NCBI GenBank assembly: GCA_964057225.1
Contig: OZ059896.1
Location: 12,214,001 to 12,278,000, forward strand
Length of the DNA stretch: 64,000 nucleotides
Direction: 5' to 3'
Source of the DNA: Auanema rhodensis
Taxonomy: Eukaryota > Animalia > Nematoda
The notes under the pieces were generated by a model. The model was given only the letters and a program-made list of their open reading frames with translations. It was not told the origin of the DNA and did no database searches. The position numbers and the translations under genes were made by a program. Shown one piece after another: positions 30,988 through 43,572 of this stretch (positions are counted from its first letter, which is position 1; each line of letters starts with the position of its first letter).

Positions 30988-33900
30988 GATCATTAAAAAA
31001 CATTTAAATTTCAATATTGTGATGCTCAAAAACTGAAACAGTTAAATATTTTTATTTTCTAAACCATTTCACTCCATCTCTTTCATTTAATTCCATATTA
31101 TAAACAATTTTATATTTCTACCACGAATTCATAACTTCATTTTTTAAATTTTTAATCATTAAAAAACATTTAAATTTCAATATTGTGATGCTCAAAAACT
31201 GAAACATTTAAATATTTTGTATTTTCTAAACCATTTTACTCCATCGCTTTCATTTAATCCCATATTTTAAACAATTTTATATTTCTACCACGAATTCATA
31301 ACTTCATTTTTTAAATTTTTAATCATTAAAAAACATATAAATTTCAATATTGTGATGCTCAAAAACTGAAACATTTAAATATTTTGTATTTTCTAAACCA
31401 TTTCACTCCATCTCTTTCATTTAATTCCATATTTTAAACAATTTTATATTTCTACCACGAATTCATAACTTCATTTTTTAAATTTTTGATCATTAAAAAA
31501 CATTTAAATTTCAATATTGTGATGCTCAAAAACTGAAACAGTTAAATATTTTGTATTTTCTAAACCATTTCACTCCATCTCTTTCATTTAATTCCATATT
31601 ATAAACAATTTTATATTTCTACCACGAATTCATAACTTCATTTTTTAAATTTTTAATCATTAAAAAACATTTAAATTTCAATATTGTGATGCTCAAAAAC
31701 TGAAACATTTAAATATTTTGTATTTTCTAAACCATTTTACTCCATCGCTTTCATTTATTCCCATATTTTAAACAATTTTATATTTCTACCACGAATTCAT
31801 AACTTCATTTTTTAAATTTTTGATCATTAAAAAACATTTAAATTTCAATATTGTGATGCTCAAAAACTGAAACAGTTGAATATTTTGTATTTTCTAAACC
31901 ATTTTACTCCATCGCTTTTATATTTCTACCGCTATTTCATAAATTCATTTTTTAAATTTTCAATCATTAAAAAACATATAAATTTCAATATTGTGATGCT
32001 CAAAAACTGAAACAGTTAAATATTTTGTATTTTCTAAACCATTTCACTCCATCTCTTTCATTTAATTCCATATTATAAACAATTTTATATTTCTACCACG
32101 AATTCATAACTTCATTTTTTAAATTTTTAATCATTAAAAAACATTTAAATTTCAATATTGTGATGCTCAAAAACTGAAACATTTAAATATTTTGTAATTT
32201 CTAAACCATTTTACTTCATATCTTTCATTTAATTCCATATTTTAAACAATTTTATATTTCTACCACGAATTCATAACTTCATTTTTTAAATTTTTAATCA
32301 TTAAAAAACATTTAAATTTCAATATTGTGATGCTCAAAAACTGAAACATTTGAATATTTTGTATTTTCTAAACCATTTCACTCCATCTCTTTCATTTAAT
32401 TCCATATTTTAAACAATTTTATATTTCTACCGCTATTTCATAATTTCATTTTTTAAATTTTTAATCATTAAAAAACATTTAAATTTCAATATTGTGATGC
32501 TCAAAAACTGAAACAGTTGAATATTTTGTATTTTCTAAACCATTTTACTTCATATCTTTCATTTAATTCCATATTTTAAACAATTTTATATTTCTACCAC
32601 GAATTCATAACTTCATTTTTTAAATTTTTAATCATTAAAAAACATTTAAATTTCAATATTGTGATGCTCAAAAACTGAAACAGTTGAATATTTTGTAATT
32701 TCTAAACCATTTTACTCCATCGCTTTTATTTAATTCCATATTTTAAACAATTTTATATTTCTACCGCTATTTCATAATTTCATTTTTTAAATTTTTAATC
32801 ATTAAAAAACATTTAAATTTCAATATTGTGATGCTCAAAAACTGAAACATTTAAATATTTTGTTTTTACTAAACCATTTCACTCCATCTCTTTCATTTAA
32901 TTCCATATTTTAAACAATTTTATATTTCTACCACGAATTCATAACTTCATTTTTTAAATTTTTGATCATTAAAAAACATTTAAATTTCAATGTTGTGATG
33001 CTCAAAAACTGAAACAGTTGAATATTTTGTAATTTCTAAACCATTTTACTCCATCTCTTTCATTTAATTCCATATTTTAAACAATTTTATATTTCTACCT
33101 CGAATTCATAACTTCATTTTTCAAATTTTTAATCATTAAAAAACATTTAAATTTCAATATTGTGATGCTCAACAACTGAAACATTTAAATATTTTGTATT
33201 TTCTAAACCATTTCACTCCATCTCTTTCATTTAATTCCATATTTTAAACAATTTTATATTTCTACCACGAATTCATAACTTCATTTTTTAAATTTTTGAT
33301 CATTAAAAAACATTTAAATTTCAATATTGTGATGCTCAAAAACTGAAACAGTTGAATATTTTGTAATTTCTAAACCATTTTACTCCATCGCTTTTATTTA
33401 ATCCCATATTTTAAACAATTTTATATTTCTACCGCTATTTCATAATTTCATTTTTTAAATTTTTAATCATTAAAAAACATTCAAATTTCAATATTGTGAT
33501 GCTCAAAAACTGAAACAGTTGAATATTTTGTAATTTCTAAACCATTTTACTCCATCGCTTTTATTTAATTCCATATTTTAAACAATTTTATATTTCTACC
33601 GCTATTTCATAATTTCATTCTTTAAATTTTTAATCATTAAAAAACATTTAAATTTCAATATTGTGATGCTCAAAAACTGAAACATTTAAATATTTTGTAT
33701 TTTCTAAACCATTTCACTCCATCTCTTTCATTTAATTCCATATTTTAAACAATTTTATATTTCTACCACGAATTCATAACTTCATTTTTTAAATTTTTGA
33801 TCATTAAAAAACATTTAAATTTCAATGTTGTGATGCTCAAAAACTGAAACAGTTGAATATTTTGTAATTTCTAAACCATTTTACTCCATCTCTTTCATTT

Positions 33901-34805
33901 AATTCCATATTTTAAACAATTTTATATTTCTACCTCGAATTCATAACTTCATTTTTCAAATTTTTAATCATTAAAAAACATTTAAATTTCAATATTGTGA
34001 TGCTCAAAAACTGAAACAGTTGAATATTTTGTATTTTCTAAACCATTTTACTTCATATCTTTCATTTAATTTCATATTTTAAACAATTTTATATTTCTAC
34101 CACGAATTCATAACTTCATTTTTTAAATTTTTAATCATTAAAAAACATTTAAATTTCAATATTGTGATGCTCAAAAACTGAAACAGTTGAATATTTTGTA
34201 TTTTCTAAACCATTTTACTCCATCTATTTTATTTAATCCCACATTTTAAACAATTTTATATTTCTACCGCTGTTTCATAAATTCATTTTTTAAATTTTTA
34301 ATCATTAAAAAACATATAAATTTCAATATTGTGATGCTCAAAAACTGAAACATTTAAATATTTTGTATTTTCTAAACCATTTCACTCCATCTCTTTCATT
34401 TAATTCCATATTTTAAACAATTTTATATTTCTACCACGAATTCATAACTTCATTTTTTAAATTTTTATTCATTAAAAAACATTTAAATTTCAATATTGTG
34501 ATGCTCAAAAACTGAAACAGTTGAATATTTTGTAATTTCTAAACCATTTTACTCCATCTCTTTCATTTAATTCCATATTTTAAACAATTTTATATTTCTA
34601 CCGCTGTTTCATAAATTCATTTTTTAAATTTTTAATCATTAAAAAACATATAAATTTCAATATTGTGATGCTCAAAAACTGAAACATTTAAATTTTTTGT
34701 ATTTTCTAAACCATTTCACTCCATCTCTTTCATTTAATTCCATATTTTAAACAATTTTATATTTCTACCACGAATTCATAACTTCATTTTTTAAATTTTT
34801 GATCA
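30988..34805. repeat. Satellite spacer between the two elements (23 monomer equivalents, bounded by GATCA TSD copies)
   Basis: 3818 bp = 5 + 21x167 + one 166-bp monomer (31016) + one 140-bp monomer (31850). Confidence 0.95.
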
Positions 34806-35338
34806 TGTGCTGAAGCACTCTCATCCCGTGATAATAGTGTTCCTCCTTAGTTTAAGTTCAATTGTACTTCTTTATTGTCCTCTCTTTGTACTATCCATTA
34901 TCCTCAACTATCTAATCGATAATCCTGTAAGTTGTCACCAACGGCCGATTTGCCGATGAATCACCTATCGCCCTTTGCCATCTGATCCATTAGGCAAGAT
35001 CTTAGGCGCGATAGCCGTCGCCCACTTGCAAGGGGGATGAATCACATAGGATTTAGACCCCTCCTCTCGCTTTCTACAATTAATACATTATCTATCACTT
35101 CCGGGGACCTAGTATATAAACCCGCAATAATTCTTCTAAATCATGTCTCAATATTATCCTGCCACCGCTATCATCTTCCCGTCAATTTATTTCTGTTTTA
35201 CTCGTATTGTATTCGTATCGCCGATAATAAACTCTTCTCTTGTACTCGCGTCTATTGCCTATTACTTGGACTAATATTCCACTACCACTGAACCACAAAT
35301 GCCCGTTATTCGCTCTCCAACTAGAGGACAAAACGACA
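34806..35338 (+). repeat. 5' LTR of copy 2
   Basis: TGTGCTGAAG...AAACGACA, 533 bp. Confidence 0.97.
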
Positions 35339-38300
35339 TGGTGCATCAAGCCGAGTCCAACGAAGAAACTCGCGCCGAACAATGGAACAGCAGCTGCTCA
35401 TTATTACTCGCTAAGCTCAAGGACAACGACGCAAGGAGGAAATCATATGCGGTACGTCAAGTTACTAATACCTCCAACAAAACCCCAAGCATGATTGACA
35501 CCCGTGAAAGGGAGATTTCAAACATCAATGGGGACATCCTCGCCATCAACAAACTGATGGACGAGATGAAACACATCCCAACCGACCTACGCCCCGAGGA
35601 CCAAAGTCGGATCACGAAGAACGAAGAAACTCTGCGGAAACACATCTCTACCCTACTGTCATACAGTAACGACATACAAGAACAAGTCAACTACCTGAAG
35701 GGTCTCAACCACACTGAGAACAGCCCTGACCCAACACACACAGACAGTTCACAGCCCTCTGAGCACCACCTCATTGGAACTGCTGAACTCACACACGCCA
35801 CACAACCTCGAAGCTGGGAAACATATCGATCACGGCCAACACTCAAACCTGTCGATATCCCACGCTTCGATGGCAACGTGAAAAGCTGGAAAAACTTTTG
35901 GTGCTTGTTCCACACACTCATACACTCATCGAACATGCCCACCATAGAAAAGTTTAACTACCTTCGCCAGTCATTAACAGGAGAAGCAGCTTCACAAATA
36001 GCTTCATTCCCAACGGATGAAGACTACTACTTCAGCGCAGTACATCACCTGCAGGATCTATATGATGATAACGACAACATCACACAACATCTCATGCTGG
36101 AATTTCTCCAGATACAAGCGAGAACATCCAACCAGCATGACCTCCTCTCCATGATGGACAAGATCGCAGGCATTTTTCGCCAAACTGAAGGAAACAGGAA
36201 CGCCGAACTCAACTCCCTCGCTGTAGTTATCTTACACAAGAAACTACCAGGGAACCTTCTCCAAGAGATCTACAAATCATTCCCCTCGGGAAAAACACCT
36301 GACATCAGAGACCTAGTAGACATCACAAGGCGACATATCCGATGCCAAAACAAGGTGAAAATTTTCGCAGCAGATCGGTTCGAAAAACCAATCACACGAG
36401 TCTACAACTCACCACCAGGGAACACCTACAATTCCCAACGCAACAAACCAGAAGCTAAAAAACTAGCAAAAACATCCAGTTGCATCTTCTGCCAGAAACC
36501 TCACGCCCCATGGGACTGTGACACAACAAAGTCGAGGAAGGAGCGTCTAACCATCCTCAACCAGGAAAAGAGATGCATCAACTGTCTCCGCAAAACACAC
36601 AACACGGAGTCATGTCCAAGCAAACGAACATGCTCCAAATGCGGAGAAAAACACATCGACATCTTATGCGCTAATAAAAAGAAGACGACCAAAGTCAACT
36701 TAATTGAGAGCACACCCTACAATGACGAGGAAACCGAAGAACACACGGTTCAATTTTCCTCCCAGTTCTCTACCAATCAATTCAAAAGCGCCCTTCTTCC
36801 AATAGGAGAAATCAAGATAATGACGAATGGAAAAATTTCCACAATCCCAGCCATCTTGGACTCTGGATCGGACACATCTTTCATCGAAGAAGAACTTGCC
36901 AAAGAACTTCAACTACCCGTTATAGAATCTAAACGCGTAAAAATCAAGACTTTCGGCAACACAAAAAGCGTTGAACACCTCACAAAGGTGAAAGCAACAA
37001 TCAAAGGAACAGTCTCCAACATCACTGCACACCTTTGGACAAAAAAGACCTTGACGGGTCCCATCAAAACAGTCCGAATTCCAAAATCAGACAACTCCAC
37101 CTTCAAATTAAATCAAGGAACCTACGTCAATCCACGCATACTCATAGGCTCCGATTTAATGTGGCAAGCTCTGACAGCCATTATACCAATCTCTGACGAC
37201 CACATACAAGTCAAGACACAATTTGGAGACTTCATAACAGGAAAAGCAAGCGACCAACCATCCATCAACGCCTTCTCAGTTATAACTGGAAACACCTCTA
37301 TCCCGATAGACACATGGAACAAAAACTTCATCGAGGAGCAGCAAGAATTTACGGGAACCGAACAAGAAGAAAAACAAGCACGAGACAAACTAGTATTGGA
37401 ACAATTCCAATCCACCATCCAAAAAAGAGACGATGGTTATTACGTCTCCTTCCCATGGAAAGACAACATCAATCTTCTCCCCGACAACAAATCACTTGCT
37501 CACAGACGCCTCATAAGTCTAGTCGTAAAATTATCTCAACAACCAGATTCACTAGCAGCATACGACAAAATCATTCAAGAACAACTAGACAATGGAATAA
37601 TCGAACCAGCAGAAGAACCATACCCTGACGCTCAAACGATACACTACATTGCTCATCAAGCAGTTCTGACCCCACAAAAGGAAACAACCAAACTAAGGAT
37701 AGTATACGACGCTTCCGGACACTACCAGAACAGACCCAGTCTGAACGACGTCATCCATCAAGGACCACTAATCCTACCATCACTAGTAGGAATGATTTTA
37801 CGCTTCCGCTGCGGGAAAATGGCACTGATAGCAGACGTAAAGAAAGCATTTCTTCAAATAAGACTCCACGAGTCAGAACGTGACGCTACAAGATTCTTTT
37901 GGCTGAGAGATATCTCCAAACCAATGAGCACCGAAAATACAAGAACCCTACGCTTCTGTAGAGTTCCCTTTGGAATCAATGCCTCGCCATTTCTCCTCGC
38001 AGCCACAATTCGTCATCATCTGGAACAAAGAAGCAACGAAAACTTCCTAGCCCACCAAATTAAAGAGAACCTTTACGTGGACAACCTATTACTTGCCACA
38101 AACTCAGAAGAAGACCTCAAACTGGGATACCAAGAAACAAAGGACATATTCGCAGAAATGAACATGACACTACAAGAATTCATAACGAACAGTCCGGACT
38201 TCAACAAAAACCTACTACTAGAGGAGAAAAACACCTCATCAAAACCAAAAGTTCTTGGATTACCATGGGACACAGAAACGGACCAATGGATCATCCAAAC

Positions 38301-41300
38301 CAAGCTTCCAGAAACAAAACTGACCAAACGTGGTATTACACAAGCCATTGCATCGATCTTTGACCCCATGGGTTTGATAAGTCCATGCCTACACCCACTA
38401 CGACTCTTTCTACAGAATCTATGGACAGAGAATTACGACTGGGACACTACGTTGCCTGAAGAACACCAAAAAACATGGCATACACTAGCCGAAAACTTCA
38501 ACTTCAACAAAACTCAGCAACGAGCCCTACCAGAAGATCCGAATCAGCAGTACCACTTAGTTACCTGCACAGATTCTAGCGGATCAGCCCTAGGATTCTG
38601 CACATACCTCCTGGCAGCCACATCACGCATACCTACCTTGATCTTCGCTAAATCCAAGCTACACTCAAAGAACTCCAACATCACCATCCCGAAAGCAGAA
38701 ATATCAGCTCTCACAGTAGGTGTCACAAACACCAACAAAATCATCAAAGAAATGAAAGACAACATCAAAATCTTGTCTACAACATTTTTATCGGACTCAG
38801 AAATAACGATAGCATGGATAAGACGAAAACCTGATCAGAAGACAACAGGAGTCTTAGTACAAAACAGAATCAAGGAAATCTACGACCACATCGACCAAAT
38901 CGAAGATATGGATATCAAGACATACTTTGGTTACATCAACACCAAAGACAACCCAGCCGACATTGCCACAAGAGGTTGCACAACAGACGAGCTACTAAAT
39001 CATTTCTGGTGGAATCCCAAAGCACAAATTGACAAAGCCATTAATGGTCCGCTCTTCTCATTACCTCAACCAGAAATCACAGTGAATACAGCTAGGACAT
39101 CTGAAGAATACGAAGAATCCTGGCTAGAACACTGCAACACATGGATCCAAGCACAAGAAAAATGGATCGTGGAGAATTATTCGCTGTTAGAGAAACGACT
39201 ACCGACACATTACGAAGAAGCCGAACTGAACCTTCTCCATCTGCATCAACACAACCTACTCGTACGTCTTACAGCAGCACAACGAAACGACTTAAGACCA
39301 CTGTTGAAAGATCATCTTTGGCACAGCCGCGGACGAATGCAGAATAGTGAACTAGATGAGAGTGCAAAACTTCCTATCATCGTCTTACCCAAAACAAGGA
39401 CAGCCACCTTAATTATCGAACACGTCCACAACCAATTTCACAAAAGCACTTCACACACCATGGCCGAAGTTCGACAGAAATTCTGGATACCACAACTTCG
39501 CTCACAAACCATCTCAGTCATACGAAGATGCGTAGAGTGCCAACGAATGAACAACCGACCATTCACGTACCCCCCCTCTGGCGACATACCCAGCAGAAGA
39601 CTCAACCGAAGCCGACCATTCCAACATATAGGCCTCGACTACTTCGGACCGCTGACGGTAAAGGACAAACCTCACAAAGTATGGGGTTGCATCTATACCT
39701 GCACAGTCACACGCCTACTACACTTAGAAGTTATAGAAGACCTTACCACAAAAGCATTTCTTAACTGTCTAAGGAAGATATGGGCACGTAGAGGATATCC
39801 GGAAAGCATCACTTGCGATAACGCCACCACATTCGAACTAGGACAGAAAGTGGCGAACAGACTGTTCAGCATCGCCAACACGACACAAACAGGTGACAGC
39901 CATAAGATAAAATGGCACAACATAACACCTTACGCCCCCTGGCAAGGAGGATTCTACGAACGCCTTATCCGATCAGTAAAAGACTCTCTTCACAAAACCA
40001 TGAAGAACATACCAACAAGCGAAGAACTGTCAATCACCTTAGCTGAATGTGAAGCAACACTCAACACTCGCCCACTCACATACATCGGATCCGACACAGG
40101 AACAGATGAAATAATCAGACCATGTGACTTTATTCACAAAGACTTGGACCTTAACATTTCATTCCACTCGGACGATGACGACGAAGAATACCTCGACAAC
40201 CCTGCCTTACAAACAAGAGCAGACACAGAAAAAGCCATCCATTCCTCCAGACAACGCACAAACAAATTCTGGGAGTTATGGATCGAACTCTACCTCAAAG
40301 AGTTAAGAGAACACCACAAGAACAACATCTCGGTGAAGAAAGCTGGTTCCAATCAACAGCCAAGAATCGACCAATACGTACTTATCAACGACAGTCCGAT
40401 ACCTCGGTACAAATGGCCGATTGGAAAAATCACACATATCTCACCAGACAAGAACGGACAGACCAGAGAAGTCACGCTTCTTTCAGAATCAGGCAGAGAA
40501 CTCAAACGACCAGTGAACCTTCTACATCCGCTGGAACTCTCAGACGACGACATTCCTGAAAGACTACGAAACACTAATCCTTCGAGAGATGTCCCACCAA
40601 TAAGGCAGTCTAATCCAAGGAACGTACCTAGATTATGGTACGGAGAACAAAGAACAAACCTAATCACCTTTCTATCAATATTCTCAATACTTCTACCCAT
40701 CATCTCTGCCACACCAACAATATCTTGCAACTACCAAGGAGTTCAAATTCAAGGAATCTCGACAAACAATCAACAAGTATGCATCCACAACACATGCTAT
40801 AACAACAGCCACGATGGAAACCTTATATTTCCCCCAGCGGACATCCTAACCAACTACGACGTAAGCTGGACCTTCCAACACAATTCCAGAATTCATCACA
40901 TGATGATCACATGCCCAGCGGTACATTTCTGCTCCACTGTCACATGCACCTTCTGCACTGCTACACTTTTCAATCCATCTTGCTGGCCATGGACATCAAT
41001 GCTACTTCTCACATTTCTTACATACATGCTCACAGCCTTATGCTACGGCATTCTATACACACCATGGGTCATAGGAAAACCAATCCGACTTTGGATACGA
41101 TTATGCACCACCATCATAATGACCATAATCAAGACGATCCGACACACACGTCAACCGAGGCCGCACAAATCAGCCATACCACTCCTAGCTCTGATGAGTT
41201 TGATACAAGTCACCTTCTCATGCCAAGAACTCGCGATCACATCCTCCGAACAGTCCACTTGCATCCAAGAGAAATGCCACATACAAACCACGCATAATCT

Positions 41301-43548
41301 CAACATCAGTCCATACACTCAAGAAGCCTGCCTCACATTATCAAACAATCAAGACAATATCTCTTTCTTGAGAATACAGTGGATCAAAACCAACTACAAG
41401 TGTGAGACTCGGTCCCTTTACTTCACAAGAGAATCAAAGACTCACGTACAAGACAGCAAAAGATGCCCACACACTGGATCATGCCAAGAAGAAAAATGCA
41501 GCAACATCACCCCAAACTCAACTGTCAGCGAACTTCACATAGCTAACCAGTACCCAGGAACAACACACTGCACAGAATCCTGTGGTGGCATAGGATGCGG
41601 ATGTTTTTACCCTTCATCAGGATGTCTTTTCTACAGGACCTACCAGAAGCCGACTGATACCTCGATATATGAAGTATACGACTGCAACTCTTGGACACCT
41701 ACAACGGACCTCAGCCTAACATACCGAAACGGATCAACCACCATCTCCAAAAACGTCACTCTATACTCTGACGTTCCGAAGCACATATATCCATTCACGC
41801 TAACTATTACAAGTCTCTCACCGCCAGTCATACCTGCGATGCAATACAAATTCATCCGCAACCTTACAAGAACAGCTATATGGAATCAACAACCCATGCT
41901 CTCATGCCCGAGCAGAAGAGACGCTATAAACATGAACTGTAACGCCACACCCACCTGCGTTTGCACACCGGCAGAAGACCAGGTCAACTGCCAGTGCCAC
42001 GAAACATCCATCACCTCAGCCTTTACCAACGTACAATCAGCTATTCCAATGCTAACACCCTCTTACATGATCATGAACGAGGAAAGAAACTTACGGATCA
42101 ACATTAACAACAACATGTTAACTGTAATCCACATCAAAATCGACGGGGAATTCCACACTTCCTCATCTCAAGACTCCACACATTGCAACATTCAGGATTC
42201 ACCATTAACCGGATGTTACAACTGCAACCGAGGAGCCCAAGCAAGTATCACATGTACTTCACCTCAACCAACTCTGGCAGCTATACAATGTGGTGAATCC
42301 GCATTCATGACACAATGCAGTCCACAAGGAACAACCAACTCCATCCAGCTGCCTATCACCTCAGCCTCACCTAGGATCACATGCACATACACCTGCGGAA
42401 CACAAGAAAACACATTCCTCCTCTCAGGAATGCTGTACTACGTCAACACACTTCAAGACCTACGCTCTCATTACATACTCGGGAATCACTCGTCTCTCCA
42501 AGAAACAGCCTTCACCTTTTCTTGGCCCGACATTACTCACTTTTACAACATCTATCAGGAATGGTACAAAGCATTAGCAACCTGTCTACTCATTGCCATA
42601 ATCGCTTTTACCTTTTCCTATTACATCATTACAACATACGCTACCAGACTAGCACTAGGCACCGCCCACTACATGGCTGCCGCAACATGTTACATCTTCC
42701 TCATTCCCCTCCGCGTCTTTATCATTTTTTGGCGCCAGCTCCTTCTCCTAAAGTCAAGGAAAACTCACATCCTAGTAGTATTCATTCTATTCACTATGTC
42801 ACTCGCCAACACTAGAGCCTGCGAAATCAACCTAGTCTTGCAAAGATCACAAGAAAGATGCGACTCGTTTCTGAAGCTCACAAGAGAGAAACGGATTGAA
42901 TGCTTGAAGGAACTCACCCAGCACATGGACCAATCACTTAGGGATTTTTACAAAACTGAGGCAAGTGAACTCTCTGACAAATCCAATCTCATCAACAGCG
43001 CCGCCACTGCCTTAAAAAACTTCATAAGACTCAAAGATTTCCTTAACACCGCAAGAACACACCACGTGTTCCAAAATGAGCAAGACAAGCTCAAACCTTT
43101 TGGAAACGAGAGAAGACTAAACGAGTTGATGAAGAGTATCCAAAGGGAACACATCCCAGCGATAAACGGAGACAAAATGCCGTACAACTCCTCTACCATC
43201 AAAAGGGACGGAGAAGCGCCAGGATGTCCTCAACCCAAGGGAAACATCATCGTCGTAGAAGCACAGCCGGAGCTCAAAGAAATATTGGAAGAACTAAAAC
43301 AGATGAGATCGGAGAACAAAGGGATGACCTCAGTGCTAATCGAACAGCTCGACCAACAAAGGAAATTCGACTCGCTAAAGAAAGAACTGAAAGAGATCAA
43401 GGAACTACTAGCGAAAGGGATCCAAGCCAAGCCTAGAGTGTCTAAGGAAACGCAGACTACCGGTAGGATCAAGACTAGAAAAGAAATGGAACAAGAAATT
43501 CTACCCACTAAGAGGAACAAGACTCAGGCGGCGATCATCACCATATAG
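35299..43548 (+). CDS. Gag-Pol-Env polyprotein with extra C-terminal domain (2,749 aa), copy 2
   Basis: Translation matches 22181..30430. Confidence 0.96.
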   Translation: MPVIRSPTRGQNDMVHQAESNEETRAEQWNSSCSLLLAKLKDNDARRKSYAVRQVTNTSNKTPSMIDTREREISNINGDILAINKLMDEMKHIPTDLRPEDQSRITKNEETLRKHISTLLSYSNDIQEQVNYLKGLNHTENSPDPTHTDSSQPSEHHLIGTAELTHATQPRSWETYRSRPTLKPVDIPRFDGNVKSWKNFWCLFHTLIHSSNMPTIEKFNYLRQSLTGEAASQIASFPTDEDYYFSAVHHLQDLYDDNDNITQHLMLEFLQIQARTSNQHDLLSMMDKIAGIFRQTEGNRNAELNSLAVVILHKKLPGNLLQEIYKSFPSGKTPDIRDLVDITRRHIRCQNKVKIFAADRFEKPITRVYNSPPGNTYNSQRNKPEAKKLAKTSSCIFCQKPHAPWDCDTTKSRKERLTILNQEKRCINCLRKTHNTESCPSKRTCSKCGEKHIDILCANKKKTTKVNLIESTPYNDEETEEHTVQFSSQFSTNQFKSALLPIGEIKIMTNGKISTIPAILDSGSDTSFIEEELAKELQLPVIESKRVKIKTFGNTKSVEHLTKVKATIKGTVSNITAHLWTKKTLTGPIKTVRIPKSDNSTFKLNQGTYVNPRILIGSDLMWQALTAIIPISDDHIQVKTQFGDFITGKASDQPSINAFSVITGNTSIPIDTWNKNFIEEQQEFTGTEQEEKQARDKLVLEQFQSTIQKRDDGYYVSFPWKDNINLLPDNKSLAHRRLISLVVKLSQQPDSLAAYDKIIQEQLDNGIIEPAEEPYPDAQTIHYIAHQAVLTPQKETTKLRIVYDASGHYQNRPSLNDVIHQGPLILPSLVGMILRFRCGKMALIADVKKAFLQIRLHESERDATRFFWLRDISKPMSTENTRTLRFCRVPFGINASPFLLAATIRHHLEQRSNENFLAHQIKENLYVDNLLLATNSEEDLKLGYQETKDIFAEMNMTLQEFITNSPDFNKNLLLEEKNTSSKPKVLGLPWDTETDQWIIQTKLPETKLTKRGITQAIASIFDPMGLISPCLHPLRLFLQNLWTENYDWDTTLPEEHQKTWHTLAENFNFNKTQQRALPEDPNQQYHLVTCTDSSGSALGFCTYLLAATSRIPTLIFAKSKLHSKNSNITIPKAEISALTVGVTNTNKIIKEMKDNIKILSTTFLSDSEITIAWIRRKPDQKTTGVLVQNRIKEIYDHIDQIEDMDIKTYFGYINTKDNPADIATRGCTTDELLNHFWWNPKAQIDKAINGPLFSLPQPEITVNTARTSEEYEESWLEHCNTWIQAQEKWIVENYSLLEKRLPTHYEEAELNLLHLHQHNLLVRLTAAQRNDLRPLLKDHLWHSRGRMQNSELDESAKLPIIVLPKTRTATLIIEHVHNQFHKSTSHTMAEVRQKFWIPQLRSQTISVIRRCVECQRMNNRPFTYPPSGDIPSRRLNRSRPFQHIGLDYFGPLTVKDKPHKVWGCIYTCTVTRLLHLEVIEDLTTKAFLNCLRKIWARRGYPESITCDNATTFELGQKVANRLFSIANTTQTGDSHKIKWHNITPYAPWQGGFYERLIRSVKDSLHKTMKNIPTSEELSITLAECEATLNTRPLTYIGSDTGTDEIIRPCDFIHKDLDLNISFHSDDDDEEYLDNPALQTRADTEKAIHSSRQRTNKFWELWIELYLKELREHHKNNISVKKAGSNQQPRIDQYVLINDSPIPRYKWPIGKITHISPDKNGQTREVTLLSESGRELKRPVNLLHPLELSDDDIPERLRNTNPSRDVPPIRQSNPRNVPRLWYGEQRTNLITFLSIFSILLPIISATPTISCNYQGVQIQGISTNNQQVCIHNTCYNNSHDGNLIFPPADILTNYDVSWTFQHNSRIHHMMITCPAVHFCSTVTCTFCTATLFNPSCWPWTSMLLLTFLTYMLTALCYGILYTPWVIGKPIRLWIRLCTTIIMTIIKTIRHTRQPRPHKSAIPLLALMSLIQVTFSCQELAITSSEQSTCIQEKCHIQTTHNLNISPYTQEACLTLSNNQDNISFLRIQWIKTNYKCETRSLYFTRESKTHVQDSKRCPHTGSCQEEKCSNITPNSTVSELHIANQYPGTTHCTESCGGIGCGCFYPSSGCLFYRTYQKPTDTSIYEVYDCNSWTPTTDLSLTYRNGSTTISKNVTLYSDVPKHIYPFTLTITSLSPPVIPAMQYKFIRNLTRTAIWNQQPMLSCPSRRDAINMNCNATPTCVCTPAEDQVNCQCHETSITSAFTNVQSAIPMLTPSYMIMNEERNLRININNNMLTVIHIKIDGEFHTSSSQDSTHCNIQDSPLTGCYNCNRGAQASITCTSPQPTLAAIQCGESAFMTQCSPQGTTNSIQLPITSASPRITCTYTCGTQENTFLLSGMLYYVNTLQDLRSHYILGNHSSLQETAFTFSWPDITHFYNIYQEWYKALATCLLIAIIAFTFSYYIITTYATRLALGTAHYMAAATCYIFLIPLRVFIIFWRQLLLLKSRKTHILVVFILFTMSLANTRACEINLVLQRSQERCDSFLKLTREKRIECLKELTQHMDQSLRDFYKTEASELSDKSNLINSAATALKNFIRLKDFLNTARTHHVFQNEQDKLKPFGNERRLNELMKSIQREHIPAINGDKMPYNSSTIKRDGEAPGCPQPKGNIIVVEAQPELKEILEELKQMRSENKGMTSVLIEQLDQQRKFDSLKKELKEIKELLAKGIQAKPRVSKETQTTGRIKTRKEMEQEILPTKRNKTQAAIITI
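35339..35347 (+). promoter_or_regulatory. Primer-binding site, likely tRNA-Gly(GCC), copy 2
   Basis: TGGTGCATC abutting the 5' LTR. Confidence 0.75.
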
Positions 43549-43572
43549 ATGTTCTCTTCTCGACGGCCGGAG

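Noticed and set aside
30948-31010. ORF from the 3' LTR ATG reading into satellite
   Set aside because: Terminates after 19 codons (MPVIRSPTRGQNDRSLKNI*).
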